Shown: positions 37,225 to 49,591 of the stretch, piece after piece
How positions within the stretch are numbered: position 1 is the stretch's first letter
Layout: each line of letters opens with the position of its first letter
Assembly (NCBI GenBank): GCA_943704425.1
Contig: CALSCP010001494.1
Span: forward strand, 1-64,000
DNA length: 64,000 bases
Direction: 5' to 3'
Origin: Ministeria vibrans ATCC 50519
Lineage: Eukaryota > Protista > Filasterea
The notes under the pieces: model-generated
What the model was told of the DNA's origin: nothing
Databases searched by the model: none
Seen by the model: the letters and a program-made list of their open reading frames with translations, nothing else
Program-made: the position numbers and the translations under genes

Positions 37225-39767
37225 CAAATTGATAAGAGAGAGAGAAAACAAATTGATAGAGAGAGAGAAAACAAAGTGATAGAGAGACGTCAGCAAGACC
37301 AACGAGTCTTAATCTTCGTACGGTGTGACCGCCGAGTGCCGCCACATGCAGTGCACTTGCGCCCGTCTCGTCACGGTAGTGCATGGACGCACCCGCATCC
37401 AGCAGCATCTCAAGCACCGTTGCTGATCCACACAGGGACGCGCAGTACACTAACATAAAGAGTAGAATTCAACAAAAGCTCCGAACACCAATATGACGTC
37501 ACGACTGTACCGAGCGTCTCTGTGTGCGAAGTGCGACTCTGCTGGAGAGAGTGGCGCACATCGACGCGCGAGAGAAGGAAACGACAGCACTTGGACGAGT
37601 CGTTGTTGGCGGCGAGCTGAAGCAAAGATTGACCGTTCGCGTCGATGTGGGCTACGGCAGTTGCAACAGCAGAGATATTAGGGTCGTACAGGGACAGGAG
37701 GTACATGAGGAGAAGAAGATCGTCGTTGATGACGGCCATGCCAAGCGCACTGGACTTGGCCGCACTGTCACGCGTCGGAGCTGCCAGAAGCGCACTCACG
37801 ACGAGTCGGCGATTGAGTTCGACAAGAAAGCGTGCGCATTGCAGTCGCCGATCGTCGCTGACCGCATCCCAGGGCTGAGCTGCCGCCGTTGCTAGCAACA
37901 AGGCACTCATGGTCGCTCGATTGCGTACACAATGCTGCTTCTCGCGCTGTTGCTGTTCGGACCGACCACTCAGCAGCAAGCGCATAAGATCAGGACGCGC
38001 GAGACTCGCCGCCAACAACATAGGCGTCTCGCCAGTGTTGGTGGGCGCCCATACGCGCGCGTCGGCCGCGACAAGCAGTCGGATGCAGGGAATGGAGCAA
38101 ATGCGAACGGCCGCGTGAAGCGCCGTTGCTCGCGCACACTCCGGATTAGCCCAGGTCACCGACGTGTCGTTGCGCGCCAGTAGGCGACTGAGTGTGCTCT
38201 CGTCTCCGCGTTGAGCCGCATTGAACATGGCCAAATTTACATGTGTCTCCTCCAACAGTGTTTGTGTGTGTTCTGCGTCATCATTGTCGTCTGCGCCCCC
38301 TGCGACCGTGTCAGCGTCTTCGTCGCTGCTCTCATCGTGTACCACCGTCACTCGCTTGCGACGAAGTTGTCGTCTTCGTCTCGAACGCTGCGACAGCTCC
38401 TCCTTCTCCTCCCCTTCTTCTTCGCTCCCGTCCAGAGCATGACGACACACATCGCACAAATACGGCTTTGGGATGGGCGCCGGGTGGTAGCGGCTGACAA
38501 GACAATCACGATGAAAACGTTTGCGACACAGGGGGCTGTGACACCGCACCCATGTCCCGTCGTAGAAGCGTCGGTCATGTGCATTGCATACGCACGCAAC
38601 GTCGTCAATGCTGTCACGCGATGCATCCGCATCCGGCTCAATAAAATCATCAATGTCCTCTTCCTCTTCGTCGTCCTGTTCGCCCACGTCACCGCACACC
38701 TCACCGTCGTCACTGCTACCCTCGCTCTCTCGATCGCATACAAGCAGTGTCATTCCTCGCGCTCGCTGAGCGGAGCCGTGAGCAGACTCGCCAGCGGGCA
38801 CATCCTTCAACACACCCTCCTCGTGCAGTCGCTCCGCAATCTCCACTTCCAACTGACGTTTCTTTTCCATTTCCTTTCGTACACGAGACGAAGATCGTGT
38901 GGGCGATCCTTGCGAAGAGAGTAACGTCCGTTTGCGTCGTTCCCGACGTGCCTTTCCATCTTCTTCGTCCTCAGCGTCACTCTCACCATCCTTTGCCCCC
39001 TCCTCTGCGTCGTCGTCGTCATCGTCCTCTTCGATGTTAGATGATTCTCCGTTGTGAATGAACTCTTCGTCTGAATACGTGAGCGTGCGTACATGGTGCG
39101 TAGGAGCACGGCGAACAACACGAGCAACTCCCGAAGGTCTGTTCAACGGCACTGTCGGCTCCCCCTCACTATCCTCGTCAGAGGAGCGCACCACTCTTCG
39201 CACGCGTCTTGATACTCGCTTAGCCTCGCGCTCTCGCCTGCGCTTGAGCTTAGCAAGCGGATTGTCATCGGCAGACGACGAGGACGACCAGGATGCAGAC
39301 TTTCGCGTTGTCCTCCTCTCTCCTGCACCGCTGCTTGCCGTGCCTCTCGCATCCTCTTCCTCATTCGCCTCTCCGTTGTCATCTTCTTCGACTTCGTCCT
39401 CTTCCTCCTCGTCTTCGTCTTCGTCTTCGTCTTCGTCTTCGTCTTCGTCGTCAACAACAAACGAATCGTCACTCGCCCCTCGATAGTCATACCGACTGTC
39501 TGCGTTGTAGCGGTTCTGCTCAAACACCAATGACGTGATTTCTTTCTTGGCTGAAGCAAAGTGCGGCGAGCCATCTATCAGGGCGACCGGCTGGCTCCGA
39601 CGCCGGCGAGGAGCTTCCTCGTCTGACGAACCCACAAAGGGACGGGATCGCTTGCGATGCGCACGCACCGGCGATCTCCCATTGTCTTTAGCGCCATCAC
39701 TCTCCACCGCCGGAGCAGACGACGACGACGATGACGACGACGAGCTGACTATTCTGCGGCGTTTCAT
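35089..39767 (-). CDS. HECT E3 ubiquitin ligase with acidic N-terminus, PHD finger and ankyrin repeats (HACE1-like)
   Basis: PHD (CVC...WVRC..C...FHRDC...YLCDVC), ankyrins (ATALHAAV, GETPMLLAA, GASALHVAA, GWPPLLWA) and HECT (FAGEPGE..GPLREFF, WFWELV, LLEFAT, LPTAATCFNQLRLPPY). Exons join in frame through GT-AG introns; one intron contains an assembly gap. Confidence 0.8.
37061..37184. other. 116-bp copy of 23853-23968 next to an N gap (probable mis-assembly at (GA)n)
   Basis: Identical except for one base. Both copies follow a (GA)n tract, and this one ends at Ns. Confidence 0.85.
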
Positions 39768-39851
39768 CAGAGTGAAGCAGAAAAAATGAAACTTATTCAT
39801 CAATCATTTTACAATAAATTTATTTTGATTGTTCGTCAACGTTCACACAAA

Positions 39852-40376
39852 ATGCGACTTGCTGTGTTAGTGGTTTGCTTATTGGCGGCTGTGGCTGCGG
39901 CGTCTCTGTCGGAAGACACGTTGACCGTCCAGAGTCTCACGCTGGAGGATATGCCGTCGCAAGTGAGCTAAACACGTTGACTTAGCGGTCTTTGCTCACC
40001 GTCCGCTTGCTCACTCTGTAGGCTGGCCCTTTCGATGCTTCCACGGAGGGTGTAGCGCCGTCTCTTGAATCGGTATGAAGGATGCACTACCCAATGGAAA
40101 TCCACTCCGTCGTTGCTTGTGCGGAGGAGTCCGCTGAACGAGACCGATGGATAGAGAGGGAGGGGGAAGGGGGGGACAATGGACGTATATGTGTGTGTGT
40201 GTGTGTGAGTGAGTGCGTGTGTGGCGAATGTGTGTGTCAGCCGTCGTCGAGACAGACCCTAACATCATTCTCTCCTGCAGGATGACATTATGTTCTCTTC
40301 CATTACTGCTCACGCCGAAGCCATTGCAGCACGTCAAAGGCGTGAAGCTGCAGCATCCAATGACGACGCCGTGTAA
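39852..40376 (+). CDS. Small secreted protein (about 85 aa), 3 exons
   Basis: Signal peptide MRLAVLVVCLLAAVAAA. Two phase-0 GT-AG introns give ...DMPSQ-AGPFDASTEGVAPSLES-DDIMFSSITAHAEAIAARQRREAAASNDDAV*. Confidence 0.65.
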
Positions 40377-40534
40377 TATATTTTTTCATGAAGTGTGCAC
40401 AAAGTACAAAACTTGAACTTCCAATTTAAAACTCCACTTCACAATTTTCTTTTGTCTAATCTATCGAGTCTCTATATTTGTGGAGGGGGTATAGCTGTCC
40501 TGCCCAGTCGCCCACCGCAACAGCGCGTCCCATC

Positions 40535-43500
40535 ATGCCGTTTGGGTCTAAACTCAAGAATGTTTTCAAACGAAAATCGGTCGCTCATCTTATCGAACCG
40601 GAGCTGAGCGACTGCCTGGAGAAGGAAGGGCCTGCAGGCACCGAGGTACACTGCCACTGGCGCCCGTAGGCCGTGCCCGTCGCCCCATGCTGCCCGCATT
40701 CCCACAACACCTCCATTGATACCAAAACGAGCTTTGCTTTTGCTGACGATTGCTTTTTTTTCTTCTTCTTTTTTTTTTTTTCTTCTTGTCGTTTTTTTTT
40801 ATTGGTTGGGAAATTGCAGCAGCCTCCACCGCTTGAAGATGAGCAGGCGGAAGTGGAGGGTGCGAGCGAGCGCGGACCCGGCGCAAGGACAGCGAGCGAG
40901 GCGCGCAGAGCGTCCGATGCGACCGAAGATCAACAAGTTGCCGCTTCCTCTTCGTCGCTGGATCCCGCGCGTTCCACGTCGCCGGACGTCGCCAGGGCGC
41001 TTCGACCAAGCACGGGAGGAGTGGCTGCAATGCATCGCCCTGACAGTGTCGCGTCTGTGGGCGATTCAACGGGATCGCGAACGCCACCGCCAACGAAAAA
41101 GAAACCCAAGCCACGGCCGAAAACCACAGTGGTCACGTCGCAGACAAACTACGAGGAGACCGACAAGGACCCTTTACCTCCACGACACAGTGACGATTCG
41201 GGAGTCAGAAGACCTGGAAAGGTCGCAGCTTTGAGAAATTCTCTCTTCATTCCCGTCAGACAAACATGAGCGTTTCGGAGGTGTGCCTCTAAACCTTGTT
41301 CTTTTGTCACCCATAGATGCCTGGAATGGGTGCACCTCCGTTGGGCGGCAGTCGACTCATGATGGGCAAGGCCATGTCGGTTGATTCTGCAGATGCCGAT
41401 GCCATTCAGCCGCTGGAGCCCGGCATCGGACTGATGGCAGACGAGGCTGGCACTGAGAAGGCCTCCTCCTGGGAAGTTCCCACTACAGGTACTGACAGGC
41501 TACATAAAGACAATATTAATACTATTATAATTATTAATTTTATGAATTTTATTATATTGTATGTATATTGTATGTATTTATTTAAAACAAAGTTAATTAA
41601 TATAATTGATAATAATTATTATATTATTATGTGCGTATGCGTGTCTTCGCACATGCTGTGTGTGTACATGTGTTGTGAGTGACTTATTGGCATTGTTGCT
41701 TTTTCAGGTATCCAGGCAGAGCTGCCCAAGACGGCGCGTGCGCGGGCCATTACGGTGAACCGCAAGAACCGGCGTGCTCCGTCGCGCGGCACCCGTGTGT
41801 ACCTTGCGGACGATTCATCGTGGAAAGTCATTGCCATGCACGACAACACGCGTGCGGGTGCAGTGCTGTCCGAGATGGGCGAGAAGACCATGACCGACGA
41901 GGACGACTATCAACTTGTGCTTGTCTTTGATCGTGCCATCAGCACTCGTACGCCTTGCTTGTTGTTATCGGTGTCTCTTTCTTGTTTGTACTCATACTGT
42001 GAACTCTTTGATGTTTGTAGAGCCTTACAAGTTTGACCAGGACGACTATCCGTACCGCATCATCCAAAATGCAGATGCTAAGAGAGAGTGTGCAACGGTA
42101 TGCCGAGCAGCGGGGGGAAGGGGAAGTGTCCCACTGACATCTCTGTGCGTTGTAGCTGTACTATGTACCGTTAGAGTGCGACTTGAACAAATTGACTGTC
42201 CAAACACAGGCAAAGACAATGAAGGCACCTGAAGGCGCAGAGAAGACGACCGACAACGCCAAGGCAGATGGGGCTGAGGCAGAGGCAAAAGTCAAGGCAG
42301 AGGCAAAAGTCAAGGCAGAGGCAAAAATCAAGGCGGAGGCAAAAGTCAAGGCAGAGGCCGAAGAGCAAGAAAGAGAGCTGGAAGCGAAGCGGAGACGGGA
42401 GGTGGAGGAGGAGGAGGAGAAGGCCAGGGCGAACAAGACGGACAAGCCGGAGAGTGTTGTGATGGCACGACGACGGGAGATGGAGGAACGTGACCGGAAG
42501 GAGACGGAGGAGAAGGAGGCGCTTGAGGCGAAGCGGGTCGCCGAGCATAAAAGCCGCCAGACGGAGCGCGCACGACGCGAAGAGTCCGCTAGGAAAGAGG
42601 AGGAGGAGCGACGCAGATGCGAGGCGGAGAAGCGGGAGCGTAAAGAGCAAGAACGTGCAGCTGACGAGGAAGAGCAACGACGCAAACGGGAGGAGACGGT
42701 GCGTAAAATGGAGGAGGCGGCGCTGCAGAGGAAGGAGGAAGAGGAGAAGCGAGCGGTTGCCGAGCGCAACAGTGTTCGCGACGAACTCACCCAGAAGATC
42801 AAAATGCCGACTTTTAGCCATGCCGGCAACGGCGATGACGACGACGGACCGCCTGACGTGGAGCCCATGGACGGTAGCGACGACGACGGCGACATTGACG
42901 CTGTGCCCGCGACGGAACTTACGGTCAAAATTATGGCGGCTCAGCGCAAATCACCTGTGCGCTCTGCATCGACCACCCCACCACCGCTTTCGTTCACTGT
43001 TACGGCGCCACCAACCGCCGCGTCGCCTCCGCCTTCCACCATCGAGTCGACGACCGTCTCCGCACAATCGGGGGTTGCCTCGCAAATGCGCAAGATGTTC
43101 GAGAAGAGTGGTCGTGCAGCCACCACCGCCGACTCGCCTAGCTACGTGGCGCCTGCTGCGTCACCCCCACCCCCCCGTCGCTCTCTACCGGCGCCTGTGC
43201 ACGGCAAGAGTGAAGATACGGACGGGGCTGGGGAGGCACAGACAACACCGGCTGCCTGGCAGAAAGCGCTCAAGCCAACGGGAAGCGCGGTGGCACTGTC
43301 ACAGCCGACCGCACGCACCGCAACTAGCTCGCCTCTGAGCAGCGACCAGATCACGAGCAGTATTTTAAGTGGGGCGATCGAGCCACGCGCGTCGTCGGCC
43401 GACTCAACAAGTCGCACCAACAGCATGACAACGGCGGCGCTGTTTGGTCACTCGCCGCCCATGTCGCAGCGCAAGCCATTTGCCTTTGATGAGAGCAAAA

Positions 43501-44498
43501 CGGAATCTCCAGTGTCTTCCAAATCGTTCAGTGGATTACGTTTGTCGCCTCAAACACCCAGGAAGCAGAGCGACAAGGCGACGGAGGAGGGTACCAAGGA
43601 AAGTGTGACCAAGCGCAACTCGGACTTGGAGGAGGCGGCCAAGGTGCGCAATGCATTGGCAGACAAGCGCAAGTTGGAGGAGATGGAGCAAGAACGAGAA
43701 CGTACGAGACAAGCGGCACTTGAACAACAGAGGAAGGACGACCGAAAGATGACGGAAGCGGCTACAGCTGCGGCTGCCATGCGAAAACGCAAGCTGGAAC
43801 AACAGGAGCGCGAGAGGGAAGAAGAGCAGAAGCGCAAAGAGTCATCGACGTCGTCGTCGCCACCATGGGGTTCGGACCGTTCGTTCTCTGGTCTCAAGCT
43901 GGCACCCGAGGGCGGCGGTAGTTACGGGGATGGGAAAACGGCCCGCAGCACGTCGGTGGCGGTGGTGTCGCCGTCGGCGTCGCCTAGCAAGGGCGAGCTT
44001 CCTCCACCCTCGCCCGGTGGGTTTGCGGCGACACTGCTAGCCGAGGCGAATGCGGCTGCGGATCGTGTGGCGGCCGAGGAAGACCAAGCGGATGAGTCAA
44101 GTACTACTGCCGCTGCTGGCATTGGTTCACTTGCGGCCAAGTTTGGCGAGACGAAGAAGCCGCGTGTGCAGGGGACACGGAAGATGGGCTCGGACACTGC
44201 GACGACGACTACAACGGCAGATGGAGAGTCTCCGTTCAAGGTGCAGCTGCGGTCATCCGACGGCGCCGTGTCTAGCAGCGGTGGCGTGGCTTTGGTCACC
44301 AAGAGCGCGAGTTCACTGGGGCGTGCGAGTGAACCAGAGTGCGAGAAAATTGCGAGTCCGTTTGGGGCGCGTGTGCGTGTGGGCGTCAAGAAACCTTTTG
44401 GTGCTCCTACTGCACCGGTTACTGTCTCCGCCAAGGCGCCTGCCGCCCGCAAGGCGTCTACCGGCATCTCAGAGCGCCTCGCTGCCTTTGACAAGTAG
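40535..44498 (+). CDS. Large low-complexity/coiled-coil protein with CPI-like motif and Ras-association-like domain
   Basis: Six-exon in-frame model containing ELPKTARARAITVNRKNRRAPSR, then TRVYLADDSSWKVIAMHDNTRAGAVL...YQLVLVF...DQDDYPYRI...LYYVP, and E/R/K-rich helices. Confidence 0.65.
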
Positions 44499-44616
44499 TC
44501 GACTCTTTTAAATTGTCACAATTTAATAAAATAATAATAATAATAATAATAAATTTACTATTAATAATCAACGGATTGTTTCCATTAATATTAATATTAT
44601 TAACAATTATTAGTAA

Positions 44617-44675
<59 letters not shown>

Positions 44676-44704
44676 GCATACACAATAATTTATTTAAATT
44701 TATT

Positions 44705-45913
44705 CTATTCAATCAGAATGGGCTCTTCTTCGTCTCTGATTTTTCTCTTTTGGCCAGTGGTCGCTTTCGTGTCCTGTGGCTCGCCTGAGGGCTGCTGCGT
44801 GACGGATGAGGTGGGTGAAGAGGTGCGGACAAAGAAGGCGCTAATCTTGCGGCGTTTGGTGCAGTCGTCCTTGGAGGGGGCTATGCACTCGGGGGAGTCG
44901 TTCTGCACGCTGTTGACAACCGTACTTACTGCCGTCCTACATAGTACAGAAGAGAAATACAGATAGAAGAGGAGGAAGAAACAAAAAGCGAGAGAGAAGG
45001 GTAAAAGAAACAAAGTGAGGGAGAAGAGGGGAACAGAAAAACAAAGTGGTAAAGAGAGTGAGAGGCAGCTGTTGCAATAAAACTGGTTTGTACCATTTTA
45101 GTGCGCCAGTGACAGGTTGAAGTAGGGAGCGTACGGAATCGTAAGGGTCACGCGAGAGCCACCTGTCAACATCGGCTTCGCTGGTGAGTATGCACGGCAT
45201 ACGCGAGTGTAACCACGCCAGTTCGCCGGACACGGGACACGTGAGGATTGTGTAGCTGTGAGTGAGTTCCCCTGCAAAGTACAATTATTTATGTTGGAAG
45301 ATGCTCGATGGCCAGCTCTCACATCAACAAGCATACCATCGTCGCCTTTGTGGATGTCGTATAGACCGGCAAACATAAGTAGGGACCGTGCTGGATCCTT
45401 GGGCGTCATGTAGAACGGCTTTTTCCCGCCCTTAGGGCCGCCCTCTTGCAGCCACTCAAAAAACCTAACGCGACAGTAAATACGCAAGGCGAGCCTCACA
45501 TTCATGTCGTACCCCTCAGCAAGCACGACACATCGCCTTTTGTGGACGAGCGAGCGGAAACTTGGGAGTTCGTGGACTGTTTCGGAACGGGCGTTTGAAG
45601 TTCGCATGAGCGACTGGTACGACACCGCGCCCTTCGTCCAGTGGGGTATCAAGCCCCACTTCATGCACATGAGGGAACGCACAGTTCCACCGGAGGCCGC
45701 CGACGCACAGGCGGAGGCCGTTGGCAGGCAATCAGTCCCTGAGGCTGAGCCTGCACTCGACGCGTCGTCCTTTCGAAACAACACCGGCTGATTTCGTCCC
45801 GGCGGCACATTGTGTGAAGGTCTGTAGCCGTTTAGGTTTGCACGTTGCGGTGGGACACCTGCAGCCGCAGGGATTTGAACCGGGTGCATTTGGAATGCCG
45901 TTCGACCGCACAT
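44705..45913 (-). CDS. HMCES: Abasic-site processing protein HMCES (SRAP domain), 4 exons
   Basis: MCGR start, MKWGLIPHW, NARSET, RCVVLAEGFFEW, LHSRMPCIL and VSTVVNS. The C-terminal KRRKISAFF is PIP-like. Confidence 0.95.
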
Positions 45914-46119
45914 TAGAGTGATTAATAATATTACTTTCTTGAGTCAGACAGTGTCAGTCTGAAATAAGAATGTGTCTTCTCACTTATCAGTTGATTAGTG
46001 GAAGTAAACTGTAAAAATAAAAATAAAATTATAATTAATAGTAATAATAATGATAATACACAGCCCATTTATTAATAATTACTCGTATATGAATAGAGTA
46101 AAATTTTAATAGTAAAAAA

Positions 46120-46158
<39 letters not shown>

Positions 46159-46183
46159 TATAGCTCGGAAAATTAATTTATTA

Positions 46184-48381
46184 TTAAAAAGATGATACAG
46201 TCGAGCGGGACTCATGAATGGGCGAAAGAGAAGAGGGTGCAAGACCATGGCGAGAGAGGTAGGAATACGAAGCGAAAGAGAGGTCGGATGTGGACGCGGA
46301 GGGAGTCACAGACACCGTCGAGGACGGAGCAAGGTAGCGCAAAGAGATTTGATCAGCCTGAAGTATTAAGAATGAGAAGTATGAGTCTTGTGGTGGGTGT
46401 GCGTGTGTGGGTGGGTGTGGCTTACGAGAGCAGATTCATTGTCATCGTCGTCAAACGCGACGGTGTGGCACACAGAGAGGGACGAGTCAGCGGCATCAAC
46501 CGTTGTTGAAGAAGAGCCACAGGACGAAACAGAGGAACAAAAGGAGTGGGTGTGAAGGGCATCCGTAATGGAGCTGCATCCGCTGATGTACTTCTCGGGC
46601 GAGTACATAGCGGGTCGGACACTGTCATCGGCACAGACACCAGAGGAATTGACTGATGCAAATGAGAGCGGTGGGGCGGGTGCTGGGACAGTGGAGGGCC
46701 GTGGTGTAGATGGTGCAACAGTGGAGGGCAGCGAGGCGGATGGCGTGACACTGGAGGGCACACAAAGCACTGTGCCCTCCTGTTCCACTTCTACGTTGTC
46801 ATTGTCTTCGTGGTCGTCTTCGTCATTCGTGTCAGACGTACACTCCCCGAAGCGCTCAATGAGCCTGTCGAAGAAGGCATCGTCGTCTACTGGCGTATCC
46901 GCCTCTGTGTCACAGGCACTGGCACTGGAGCCAACGGCAGTCTCGTGGGAGTGTTCTGATGACGCGCCAGCAACGACCTGCTGTGCCAGCTGCACTCGCA
47001 GCTGCTCCATCTGCTGTTGCAAATACGCAATTTGGTGTTGCTGCAGCGCAATAAGAGAGCGGTAGTCGGTTGAGGGAGGAGCGACGTCGTCGTGCTCTGC
47101 GCTGGGAGAAGCGGGTGGAAAGGCGTTGTTGCGGCTGGTGTTCTCGGAGGGGACAGCCACGGCGGGGAAAAGACTCTTGGTGGGTGGCGGAGGAGAGACA
47201 ACAGGTACAGGAAGACGACTGTGGGCACGGAGATGGGCGTGAAGAGCGGCAGGTGACATGGGTGCGACGGTGATGGTATCGGGGTCGGCAAGGGACACGT
47301 CGAGAGCAGAGGGGCCGGAGGGGGCAGTGCTGGAAGGCGACGGCACTGGACAGGCACGACGAGCGGGCGAGTCAGGTTGTGTCGAGGCAACGAGGGCAGG
47401 AATCGCAGCGGCCACTGAACTTGGCGGCGCGGCAGACACTGGCTCAAAGGCAAGTTTGCAAGGCTGTGATGTCTCGAGTACAACGGGCTCAGTACCACAG
47501 AGAATGAGCGAATCAAAGCTGCTTGATGAACAGCGGTACTCCATAGGACGACACTCGTAGGCAATAGGGTGACAGTCAGGCGAAATGGTGAGCACAAGGA
47601 AGGCGTCGTCGTCTTGGTGTGTCACGCGTTGCTTGAGCGCTGTGTGATGGAGGTAGCGAACGCACGCCGCCCAAACACGGTGAGAATGGATGTTGGACGT
47701 GTCTTTGGTCCACACGCCCACAAGAGGCAGAGAGTAGGCGAGCGGATCGGACTCGAGCACAAGCAAAAGATGGTGTGACTGGTCCATCGAGAGAAAGCCC
47801 GTCTGAGGCGGAGCGTCGGCCAGCAGCGGAGCCAGCGACGACGACGACGACGACGGCTGTGTAAGGTAGCGAGCCAGTGCAGTAGGAACAATCATGGGGG
47901 CGCTGAGAGGCGCAAGACGAAAGCCTGTGGCGGGCATGACGCAACGGGCGTCGAGAGCGTTGTCAGCGAGGCGAATGGAGAGGGCCAGGTAATTTGTGGC
48001 GACGAGGGGCTCGATGAGGTCGAAGCGGCGCCGTAAGACACTTCCAAGTTCAAGTACAACGTCGTCAGAGGCGTACGCTGAGTTTTCGAGACGCACTCGG
48101 AGTGAGACGCGCTCAACGGATTCTGCGTTTTTTGAAATTCGCGCCGACGAGTCAAATTGGTCGATAACTAGTCGCAGCGGCACTGACGTGTCGTCGACGA
48201 TACGACCTGAGAGAATTAAGGTGTCTTCATGCGTCGTCTGGAGGTGTTCGCGCAGCGTGTCGACAAGGGAGGCGTCGAGTTGCAAGTGCGGTCGATGTTC
48301 GAGCGCAGTCACCACCGTCGGCTGGCCCTTGACGAGACGATCCCACAGAGCCGAGCGGGAGACCGGGAAGTGCCAACTCAT
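46184..48381 (-). CDS. STIL: Centriole assembly protein STIL (SAS-5/Ana2 family), 2 exons
   Basis: WHFPVSRSALWD and GFLSMDQSHHLLLVLESDPLAYSLPLVGVW (STIL N-terminal domain), PVPSP motif, central coiled coil, and spliced STAN motif ADQISLRYL...DLSFASYSYLSRHGL. Confidence 0.9.
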
Positions 48382-48584
48382 GCTAAAAAACCAAGACTCG
48401 AGACAGTTCTAGTAGCAAATTAATTTTGAGTTGATGATAATAAAATATAAATTGAAGAAGAAAAAGACATTTTTGAGTTCACTCGGCGTTCCCTACTTCA
48501 CTTACGATCTTCTTAACCCCCACTTAAGCTTTGCCCTTTACCTTGCGCTATTCTGGCACTGAGTAACCTTAGTTTGATTTATAA

Positions 48585-48710
48585 CCCGATCGGTTGCCAA
48601 GCATACTCCCGTTAGGCTAGACAGCGCCCAAAGTCACCAAACGTCAAAATGAAAGTCAATAGACAATAACTAAATAACACTTTTGTTTTCGAATTTTCGG
48701 CGCCAAGTCC
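48585..48710. promoter_or_regulatory. STIL/CENP-W divergent promoter with E2F-, CHR- and Myb-like motifs
   Basis: TTTCGAA (48687) is directly followed by TTTTCGGCGCCAA (48694); CGGTTG (48591) and CCGTTA (48609) are also present. Confidence 0.4.
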
Positions 48711-48719
48711 AACCACCCA

Positions 48720-49177
48720 ATGCAGAGTGGCAATAAGACGTTCAAGGCAGTGAGGCGAGCGTCCAAGGCACAGCTGGGCAAGGGCCGTCGGCTGGAACGC
48801 GAAGTGGCTGTGTTGGTAGGGAGGCAAGAAAGCTCGAGGTGCATTTGAAACGGCTTTGTAGATGTATCTCGAGTATGTGCTGTTTATGAAGCGCATGGCG
48901 ACCGTGTGCGCGTCGGAGCTACACAAGGAGACGACTGTGAAGAAGGCGCAGGCCATCACGGCGGATCTCATTCGCAAAGTTGGGCCTGTAAGAAGCAAGT
49001 CTGTTTGTGCCACTGTGCGCTTCGTCGCTTGCTGTTCAGTCGCACTGTCTGCTGTCTGCCGTCCTATACTCCCCCTTGGGCTTCTTGCTTCTTCCTTCGT
49101 TCCCCTCTCGTGTCGGTTCCACTCATTGTGTTTTGTTGATGTCTCTTTAGAATGTTCTCCGCTCAATGAAGGGTTAG
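48720..49177 (+). CDS. CENPW: Centromere protein W (histone fold), 3 exons
   Basis: Spliced MQSGNKTFKAVRRASKAQLGKGRRLEREVAVL-MYLEYVLFMKRMA...AITADLIRKVGP-NVLRSMKG* follows the CENP-W pattern (RLE...L.xL...LF..RL...I....I......VL...xG end). Confidence 0.75.
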
Positions 49178-49591
49178 ATTAATGCAGTCCGAGTCAGACT
49201 GTCAAGTCCTGAGACTACAGTGCTCATGCATGACTCTCTGCTCCTGTACAATACAATGTATATATGAGATCGAGCACAACACAAGAAGAGGGATGTATTG
49301 TTGTTGAAGGTGATCTATGTAGAGAAGACCGAACCTCGTGAAACCTTGGGAGTGAGTGTCATGATCACTCTGATGAATGACTCACATATGGCATTATTGA
49401 CAGAGCACACACAACTGACACAAGGGTCAATACTCAATAGTGACAATACACAACCAACTCTCAACTCTCAAACAAAGAGCGCTCAAGTCAATGAAAAATT
49501 TTAAGACACGATACGTAAGTGATTACTCTATTCGCTAAGTTAGTAAGTTTTAACTTTTAAGACTTAACTCTTAAGACTATTTTATTCATCG

